A stretch of 64,000 bases of DNA from Deferribacterales bacterium (GTDB lineage: Bacteria; Chrysiogenota; Deferribacteres; Deferribacterales; Geovibrionaceae): assembly GCA_050251945.1 (NCBI GenBank), contig JBFWLW010000001.1, forward strand, positions 384,001-448,000, read 5' to 3'. A model generated the notes under the pieces. That model saw nothing but the letters and a program-made list of their open reading frames with translations. It made no database searches and had not been told where the DNA came from. The position numbers were made by a program, and so were the translations under genes. This document shows, in pieces, positions 57,272-64,000 of the stretch; position 1 is the first letter of the stretch, and every line of letters begins with the position of its first letter.

Positions 57272-59214
57272 AATATTATGATGTTCTGCTCCCCGTTCCG
57301 ACGGGGGGCATTTACACCTATACCTGTGAAGCCGGGCTTTCGGCTGGACAAAGGGTAAAAGTTCCGCTGGGAAAAAGAGAGCTTTACGGGATTGTAACAG
57401 GTGAGAACATCACTCCTCTTAAAAACATAAACTACAGAGACATAACGTCAATCCCCGACGATACTCCGGTATTCGGCGAATCATATATCAAATTTATGCG
57501 CCTCATGGCAGAATATTACTGTACAGATCTGGGTGTCGTGCTGAACGGCATACTGTCTGCCGCAGTTCTTGGATCCAACCGCACCGACCCCGAAATAAAG
57601 ACCTTCACACGAAAAGACATCACTCTAAATCAGCACCAGATACCGGTTTACGAATCCATTCTGCCTGAGCTTGGGAAAGGCTTTTCAGTCCATCTAGTGC
57701 ATGGGGTAACGGGGAGCGGCAAGACCGAGATATTCATTGAACTCGCCAAAGAAGTCATAGCACAGGGAAAAAAGGTGATGTACCTTGTCCCTGAAATATC
57801 GCTCACTCCCCAGATGGAGGAACGGCTTTCAAAGCGTATCGGTTTCGACGTAATGTCTTATCACAGCAAAAAAACACCGAAGAAGCGGACGGACACCTTC
57901 TGGGCATTCGCAAAAGGCGGGCTTCAGATGGTGCTGGGCGCACGGAGCGCACTGTTTCTGCCGTCTGACGACATAGGGCTTATCATTGTGGATGAGGAGC
58001 ATGAATCAAGCTATAAGCAGGAAGAGATGCCCCCCTATCAGCTGCGGGATATGGCAGTGCTTTACAGCAAGATACTGAATATCCCGGTGATTCTGGCGAG
58101 CGCGACACCATCCGTTGAAAGCTGGCAGAATGCCGTCAGCGGAAAATACCGCCTGCATACCATCCCATGCCGCCCCGACAGCGACATGCCCGATATTGAA
58201 ATAGTGGACATGAAAAAAGTGGAACCCATTGCCGGAATCATCTCCGAAAGGCTGTACACTGAACTTTACAAAACCATAGAAAAAGGCGAACAGGCAATCC
58301 TGCTGATCAACCGCAAGGGATATTCCCATACGCTCTATTGTTACTCGTGCGGCGAAATGCTCACCTGTTCAAACTGTTCGGTCGCGCTGACCTATTACAA
58401 ATCAAAGGGACTCTGCAAATGCAATTACTGCTCGCAGGAAGTGCGCAGACCAAAATGTCCGAAATGCGGAAGCGACGACATAAAAGAATACGGCGCAGGT
58501 ACCGAAAAAGTTGCGGAAGCACTTGAAGACCTCTTTGAAAAGAAGGTACTGCGGCTCGACACTGAGAACGCATCGACATATAAACAGCTTTCAAAGATGC
58601 TGAAAGATTTCGAGGATGGCGAATACTCCATCATGGCGGGAACACAGCTCGTGGCGAAAGGGCTTGATTTCGGCAACGTAACCCTTGCGGGCGTAATAAA
58701 CATCGACAACATGTTCGGTCTGCCGGATTTCAGAGCAAAGGAGCGGGCTTATCAGCTTCTGGTGCAGGTTGCCGGACGCGCAGGGCGTGCCGCCAAAAAA
58801 GGCAAAGTCATAATACAGACGTACGCACCGGAAACGGATGTTTTCACACACCTTAACTGCACCGACACGGGCTTTTACGAACAGGAACTTATACGCCGTA
58901 AGCTCTTCAACTACCCTCCGTTTGCAAAGATGTGCCGCGTCACGCTCTCACATACGAAAGAGGAAACTGTGAAAGAAGCCGCAATGCACGTCTACGGAAT
59001 TCTGAAAAGTGCCGCCAGAGACGCGGAGATCTTCTACCCGGCGCAGGCTCCGGTTTATAAAATATCGAACCGCTACAGATACGGAATGGTAATAAAAACC
59101 AAAACCAACACAGAAATGTCCAGACTTATCAATATCGCCTCCAAAACTTTAAAGGAGAACATGAAAACCACTTTACGGATAAAGTTTGACCGCGACCCAC
59201 AATTCTTCATGTAA
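57268..59214 (+). CDS. priA: Primosomal protein N'
   Basis: GVTGSGKTE, DEEHE, SATPS, four CxxC pairs, QVAGRAGR. Confidence 0.95.
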   Translation: MKYYDVLLPVPTGGIYTYTCEAGLSAGQRVKVPLGKRELYGIVTGENITPLKNINYRDITSIPDDTPVFGESYIKFMRLMAEYYCTDLGVVLNGILSAAVLGSNRTDPEIKTFTRKDITLNQHQIPVYESILPELGKGFSVHLVHGVTGSGKTEIFIELAKEVIAQGKKVMYLVPEISLTPQMEERLSKRIGFDVMSYHSKKTPKKRTDTFWAFAKGGLQMVLGARSALFLPSDDIGLIIVDEEHESSYKQEEMPPYQLRDMAVLYSKILNIPVILASATPSVESWQNAVSGKYRLHTIPCRPDSDMPDIEIVDMKKVEPIAGIISERLYTELYKTIEKGEQAILLINRKGYSHTLYCYSCGEMLTCSNCSVALTYYKSKGLCKCNYCSQEVRRPKCPKCGSDDIKEYGAGTEKVAEALEDLFEKKVLRLDTENASTYKQLSKMLKDFEDGEYSIMAGTQLVAKGLDFGNVTLAGVINIDNMFGLPDFRAKERAYQLLVQVAGRAGRAAKKGKVIIQTYAPETDVFTHLNCTDTGFYEQELIRRKLFNYPPFAKMCRVTLSHTKEETVKEAAMHVYGILKSAARDAEIFYPAQAPVYKISNRYRYGMVIKTKTNTEMSRLINIASKTLKENMKTTLRIKFDRDPQFFM

Positions 59215-59295
59215 ATACTTCTCTTAACAAACTTAATTGGCAATTTACATCAAACAACCGTATTTTAATGAAACAAATATTTCATGAATAATGTC

Positions 59296-59367
59296 GTCTT
59301 TGCGAGCGGAGCGAAGCAATCTCATGGTGCAATCAGATCGCCGCGTCGCTGCACTCCTCGCGAAGAC
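59296..59367. repeat. REP-like inverted pair (opposite arrangement)
   Basis: GTCTTTGCGAGCGGAGCGAAGCAATCTC ... AGATCGCCGCGTCGCTGCACTCCTCGCGAAGAC. Confidence 0.85.
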
Positions 59368-59406
59368 GGAAAGAAGTAACAAAGCGATCTTATAACGAGG
59401 TGACAC

Positions 59407-59772
59407 ATGATTGATTTTCTTAAACAGATGGCTGAAAAAGCGGATGACGGAATAATGTTTGTGGATGCCGAAGGGATAATCCGTTACTGGAACGAAGGCT
59501 GCGAAAGGATTTTTGCTTTTACGAAGAACGAGGCGGTTGGCGGCAGTCTGGATATCATCATTCCGGAAAAACACAGAGACAGACACTGGAAGGGATGGGC
59601 AAAGGTGCTTGAGACAGGAGAAACTGCATATCACGGCAAAATGCTGAAAGTTCCAGCAATAAATAAGAACGGTGAAAAGCTGATAATTGAGTTTTCTATA
59701 CAGATAATTGAAGAAAACGGAATAAACGCGGGATTCACTGCGATTGTCAGGGACGTTACTTCCCGTTCCTGA
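59407..59772 (+). CDS. Stand-alone PAS-domain protein
   Basis: DAEGIIRYWNEGCERIF...GGSLDIIIP and IVRDVT motifs. Confidence 0.85.
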   Translation: MIDFLKQMAEKADDGIMFVDAEGIIRYWNEGCERIFAFTKNEAVGGSLDIIIPEKHRDRHWKGWAKVLETGETAYHGKMLKVPAINKNGEKLIIEFSIQIIEENGINAGFTAIVRDVTSRS

Positions 59773-60223
59773 TATTTTTGAAGAAAGCTTTCATCATAGC
59801 GGATATCTCGTCGGCGAAAAGTCCGCCGGCGTAGGTGACCCTGTGGTTCAGCTTCTCTATGTCGAAGGTATTTGCCAGCGACACTACCCCGCCGAATTTC
59901 GGCTCTGTGGTTCCGAAAAATACGTTGCGCACACGGGCATGAATTATGGCTCCTGCGCACATGAGGCAGGGTTCAAGCGTGACGTAAAGCGAACACTCGT
60001 CAAGCCGCCAGTCGCCTGTCACCTTTGACGCATCCTCAATGGCGACTATCTCCGCATGTTTAAGCGCAGACTTGCCGGAATTTTTACGATTATATCCGCG
60101 CCCTATGACCTCACCGTTGTAGACTATAACCGCGCCGATAGGGACTTCGCCCTCCGTCTCCGCCATTTTTGCCTGTTCGATAGCCATCAGCATGAATCTT
60201 TCATCGTCGGCGGAAAAGCTCAT
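59756..60223 (-). CDS. tadA: tRNA adenosine(34) deaminase
   Basis: GEVPIGAV, HAE and LYVTLEPCLMC motifs. Confidence 0.9.
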   Translation of the reverse strand: MSFSADDERFMLMAIEQAKMAETEGEVPIGAVIVYNGEVIGRGYNRKNSGKSALKHAEIVAIEDASKVTGDWRLDECSLYVTLEPCLMCAGAIIHARVRNVFFGTTEPKFGGVVSLANTFDIEKLNHRVTYAGGLFADEISAMMKAFFKNIRNGK

Positions 60224-60915
60224 AAATTGTCCTGCATCATGCGGATATAACCTGTGAAAACAACCGATGCCGTCTCCGCCTTCAATATCTGCTCTATTGG
60301 TTTAACCGCTTTAAAACCTTTAGCAGTGAGCGTTGCGACCTCTTCGTCTGTAAAACCGCCCTCTGGTCCCACAACAATGCACATGTCTTTTGACACAGGC
60401 GGCATACCAACCGTTTCCGCACGCTCATAAAAGACCACGTTCTCCGTACCGTCGGGAGTTATATCTGCAATGTTTATGCTGTCGCTTATAACAGGGAGCT
60501 GTTCGTTCTCAGACTGTAAAACCGCCTTCACCGCTATGTCCGTGAACCTGCCGCGTGTCTTGTCTTTCAGCTCGTTCAGACTGCGCGCGCTCACGACGGG
60601 AACTATCTCTGTGGCGCCGAGTTCGCTGTATTTCTCAACGGCGAAATCCATGTATTCGCGTTTCAGAAGGCACTGATATACTTTAAGTTTATAGTCATGG
60701 CGCTTTATATCGCGGACAATATCCGCCCGAACGGAAGCTGAGCGCTTGCCAAGCTCCGTTATGGTACATTCCGCAAACTGTTCAGCTGTCAGAACGCCCA
60801 GTGAATCGCCCTCTTTCGCACGGACAACGTTTTTCAGATAATGGAATATGTCACCCTCAAGTGAAAAGGTGCCTGATATCCGTCCTTCAAAAAAAATCCG
60901 TTTCAATCCATACAC
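60220..60915 (-). CDS. rsmE: 16S rRNA m3U1498 methyltransferase
   Basis: SELG, VGPEGGF and ILKAETA motifs. Confidence 0.88.
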   Translation of the reverse strand: MYGLKRIFFEGRISGTFSLEGDIFHYLKNVVRAKEGDSLGVLTAEQFAECTITELGKRSASVRADIVRDIKRHDYKLKVYQCLLKREYMDFAVEKYSELGATEIVPVVSARSLNELKDKTRGRFTDIAVKAVLQSENEQLPVISDSINIADITPDGTENVVFYERAETVGMPPVSKDMCIVVGPEGGFTDEEVATLTAKGFKAVKPIEQILKAETASVVFTGYIRMMQDNL

Positions 60916-61673
60916 CTCTCGCTGACGAACTCGAAATCCCCCGCATCGTCGATTATCATGGCACTGAGCGCATAACCGTACACACAGCCTGTATCAAGAT
61001 TTACGGAGACAAGCTCTCCCGCCTTGTTCCTGTTGACATAAGGCGTTCTCGGGTTGTGCTGGGGATCTATCTTTTTAACAGGTGTATGACCGTGAACCAT
61101 GGTATACCCGAAATGCTTCTGTGTGCTTCTGTCTGTATCCCGCGACCAAATGTAAAGGTAGTCTTTGCGGTTGCTGTATTCTGTCACCCTGCCCGCTTTT
61201 CCGTTTGAGGGTCCCAGCCCTGCATGGGAGAACATGAAGTTGTTGCGCGGGTAGTCATATCCGAAATACATCTCCGCACCGAGGAAAAAGGCTCTGTAGG
61301 GCTCTAGATAAGGTATAAAATCCACATTTCTTATTGTTCCGAGAGTCAGCTTTGAATCCAGCACCTTTTTGCTGAAAGATGAAATGGTCAGCTTGCCGCC
61401 TGTGCCAAACCACGCATTAGGCGCGTATATGGCTGAGAATCCGGCGTAATCCAGCATCATATCCTCATGGTTTCCAATAAGCATGCGGAAGCGTCCCTGT
61501 CTTTGCAGCTCCATGAACATAAGCGTGACCTCAAGGCTGTGAAACCCTCTGTCAACTATATCGCCGAGCGATATATAGTTAACATCCGAATAGCGCGCCT
61601 CTACACGGTCAATGAGCCTGTCCAGAGTGCGAACACAGCCGTGGATGTCGCCGATTACCGCTGTATACGGCAT
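60903..61673 (-). CDS. Ser/Thr phosphatase-like metallophosphoesterase
   Basis: GDIHG, GDIVDRG, GNHE, HGHTP and DTG motifs. Confidence 0.9.
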   Translation of the reverse strand: MPYTAVIGDIHGCVRTLDRLIDRVEARYSDVNYISLGDIVDRGFHSLEVTLMFMELQRQGRFRMLIGNHEDMMLDYAGFSAIYAPNAWFGTGGKLTISSFSKKVLDSKLTLGTIRNVDFIPYLEPYRAFFLGAEMYFGYDYPRNNFMFSHAGLGPSNGKAGRVTEYSNRKDYLYIWSRDTDRSTQKHFGYTMVHGHTPVKKIDPQHNPRTPYVNRNKAGELVSVNLDTGCVYGYALSAMIIDDAGDFEFVSERCMD

Positions 61674-62434
61674 CTAAGCTGTACCCCGCACCATTCCGCC
61701 TCTGTCTCTGTGCGGACTATTTCATAATCTTTTATATCAAGTTCCTTCATGAATTCTTCGTACTCCTCGGAAAGTATGCCAGAATAGACGATATATTCAG
61801 GTTTTATCTCAAGCACACTGGGGTGTATCATATTGAGTACGCTTGTAATAATGTTTGCAACCACAACGTCGGTCTTAACACCGAGGCTCTCTATTCCGCC
61901 TGTCCATGCCTGAACGTTTGACGCTCTGTTCAGCGCAATGTTTTCAAGTGTGTTGCCCAGTGCGTCTGGGTCGATGTCAAAGGCATAAACGGCTTTTGCG
62001 CCCTTTTTCGATGCGGCGATGGCAAGTATCCCGCTTCCGCATCCTGCATCCGCAACGGTCTTTCCGTCAACAACGTCCTCAAGAAGCTTCGCCGCACAGC
62101 GGGTCGTCGGGTGTGTACCCGTGCCGAACGCCATTGCGGGGTTGATGATTATTGTCTCTTTGTCAGGCTCGGCATCCAGATCGAACACATATTTCAGCGT
62201 GTCTGTCAGGTTGCCCGGCTTAATGAACTCTTTCCATTTGGTGTCCCATCCGGTTTCGTCCACTTCAACCTTCTGATACCATTCATCTTTAATAATATCT
62301 TCAAGCCCTTCGCCGTAATAGACCACAAAGCAGATGTCCTGACCTTTGAAGTCTTCTTCTATGGGATATATGCCCATATCTTCCAGTGTTGTAACGGATT
62401 CTTCCGATAATTGTTTAAATCTGTATTCGTACAT
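61655..62434 (-). CDS. prmA: Ribosomal protein L11 methyltransferase
   Basis: PAMAFGTGTHPTT, DAGCGSGILAI and VVANI motifs. Confidence 0.92.
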   Translation of the reverse strand: MYEYRFKQLSEESVTTLEDMGIYPIEEDFKGQDICFVVYYGEGLEDIIKDEWYQKVEVDETGWDTKWKEFIKPGNLTDTLKYVFDLDAEPDKETIIINPAMAFGTGTHPTTRCAAKLLEDVVDGKTVADAGCGSGILAIAASKKGAKAVYAFDIDPDALGNTLENIALNRASNVQAWTGGIESLGVKTDVVVANIITSVLNMIHPSVLEIKPEYIVYSGILSEEYEEFMKELDIKDYEIVRTETEAEWCGVQLRCRIQR

Positions 62435-62489
62435 AGAAAACCTTATATCATATCTTGAAAAAAGATAAAGCATGTGAGATTAAATTTAT

Positions 62490-63233
62490 ATGAAAATATC
62501 AAAAAAGATATCGTTAAAATACGGAATTTCGGTCAGAAGTGCCAAAGACTGCATACGCGAAGGTTTTGTGAGCCAAGGCGGAATAACTGTGCGCAAGGAC
62601 ACGGACACGACAGATGATGATTTTTTGCTTGAAATGCCAAAAAAAATCAAAACTGACCCCAAACCATATATTTTATCAGACAGCGGCGATGTCATTTTTT
62701 TTGATAAGCCCGTTTTCATGCATTCCGAACGTCACAGGATCGACGACGAAACAACAATGCAGGATATCGTTGAAAGCTGCGACGGTTCTCTGACCCTTAT
62801 CTCCCGTCTGGATTATATGACAGATGGTGTTATAGCCGCAATCCGAAACGGAGTTACGATAAAAACCCAGAGCAAGCTGTATCTTGCATACGTCTGCGGC
62901 GAAATGCGCGAAACCGTCATCATTGATAATAAAATTGACGCGGATAAACGCAAAAAGGTGAAAGTCACGGAAGAACACGGAGGCAACAGAACTGTATTCA
63001 CGCCCCTTCGATTCACATACGGTTTAACCCTCGTTCAGGCGGAGATGGAAAAGGCAGCAAGGCACCAGCTCAGAGCCTATCTTGCATATCTGGGACACCC
63101 TATTCTCGGCGACGTACTTTATGGCGGAGACGAACACCCGCGCATAATGCTCCACTGCAAAAGCACCACAGTAAACGGATTCAGCGCGGAATCCCGTCTG
63201 ACACAGGATTTCATTCTCATAACCAAAAAATAA
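62490..63233 (+). CDS. RluA-family pseudouridine synthase
   Basis: SRLD catalytic motif; HQLRA...GHPILGDVLYG; MLH. Confidence 0.85.
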   Translation: MKISKKISLKYGISVRSAKDCIREGFVSQGGITVRKDTDTTDDDFLLEMPKKIKTDPKPYILSDSGDVIFFDKPVFMHSERHRIDDETTMQDIVESCDGSLTLISRLDYMTDGVIAAIRNGVTIKTQSKLYLAYVCGEMRETVIIDNKIDADKRKKVKVTEEHGGNRTVFTPLRFTYGLTLVQAEMEKAARHQLRAYLAYLGHPILGDVLYGGDEHPRIMLHCKSTTVNGFSAESRLTQDFILITKK

Positions 63234-63279
63234 CTATTTTCAAATTGTTTTTTTGACAGTTTGATGATAATCTAAATTT

Positions 63280-64000
63280 ATGAAAAAGTTTTATTTATTA
63301 TGCAGTTTTCTTTTAATGTTGTTTTATTTTCAAACGGACGCCATTGCTGCGGACAAGGAATTCGGTTTCTGCGGCGGACCTTCCGGCGGAACTTTCATGT
63401 ATTTTGCCAACGGGATATCAAAACTGGCGGAAAAATACGATGTGAAAGTTACGGCAATTCCAACGAAAGGTTCAATAGACAACATCCGCATGCTGCAGAA
63501 CAATCAGGCGAACTTTGCCATTGCCTATGCATCCGATGTAAATCTTGCCCGTCAGGGGCTTTTAAAGGGCGACAACACCAAATATGACAAAATATTGGGC
63601 GCAGGCGTGCTTTACAGCGGAAAAATACATATCATAATAAAGAAGAATTCAGGAATAAAAACCCTCGCCGACCTGAAGGGTAAAAAAATCGCCGTGGGCG
63701 AAGCGGGCACAGGAGCGGCATCCAGCGCCGAGAGAATACTTTCGCAGATGGACATCTGGGAAAGCGTTTCCAGATATTATATAGGATATCGCAAAGCGGA
63801 AAGCGCGTTTAAATCCGGCATGGTCGATGCTGTCTGGGTGTTTGCGGGAATTCCTAACAGTTCCGTATCGGAAATGCTGCTGGACAACAAAGCGACGCTT
63901 CTTGACCTGAAAAATGACATGAAAGCCATCACGGCTGTCAGCAGCAATTACAGATCGGTAAAAATACCTAAAGGAACATATAACAACTCCCCCGCCTTTG
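63280..64000 (+). CDS. TAXI-family TRAP transporter solute receptor (3' end outside window; absent from ORF track)
   Basis: Translated by hand from ATG 63280: signal peptide, GGPSGGTF, TKGSIDNIRML, DLKGKKIAVGEAGTG, AGIPNS. Confidence 0.85.
   Translation, partial: MKKFYLLCSFLLMLFYFQTDAIAADKEFGFCGGPSGGTFMYFANGISKLAEKYDVKVTAIPTKGSIDNIRMLQNNQANFAIAYASDVNLARQGLLKGDNTKYDKILGAGVLYSGKIHIIIKKNSGIKTLADLKGKKIAVGEAGTGAASSAERILSQMDIWESVSRYYIGYRKAESAFKSGMVDAVWVFAGIPNSSVSEMLLDNKATLLDLKNDMKAITAVSSNYRSVKIPKGTYNNSPAF

Noticed and set aside
1737..59367. Repeats as a CRISPR array
   Set aside because: Dispersed, degenerate inverted pairs with no regular repeat-spacer period and no cas genes
63300..63587. 95-aa ORF in the track
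   Set aside because: Wrong frame; the real gene is the TAXI receptor starting at 63280 and running off the window

Overview
A gene-dense bacterial chromosome segment. Gene content and protein style suggest an anaerobic or microaerobic Gram-negative respirer, possibly Deferribacterota (inference only). From left to right it holds: the distal cbb3-type cytochrome c oxidase operon and its maturation genes (ccoN end, a ccoO-cytochrome c fusion, a ccoP N-terminal fragment, ccoQ, ccoG, ccoH, an unannotated 28-aa peptide, ccoS, ccoI); a TetR-controlled RND efflux operon; an accessory block (dCache-GGDEF, DUF1330, Fic, a DUF1566 lipoprotein, MarR-fabF, and a Crp/Fnr-controlled flavoprotein + tetraheme cytochrome + porin + MFS module); tRNA-Pro(GGG); an MFS gene behind a probable leader-peptide attenuator; pstSCAB with a pho box; an MCP; a coupled four-gene AdoMetDC/GNAT/ATP-grasp/PLP-decarboxylase operon of unknown product; an O-acyltransferase; a MarR-regulated Fe-S gene; argS; tRNA-Val(GAC); and housekeeping genes (ispB-like, amrS, apbE, NusG-II, Gx transporter, maf, fadD-like, priA, tadA, rsmE, prmA, RluA-like, partial TAXI receptor). 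Intergenic DNA carries a REP-like palindrome family and ~140-bp MITE-like elements that sit in, and appear to duplicate, hairpins. No transposase, integrase, CRISPR array or rRNA was seen. All calls rest on motif recognition by eye; no database search was run.
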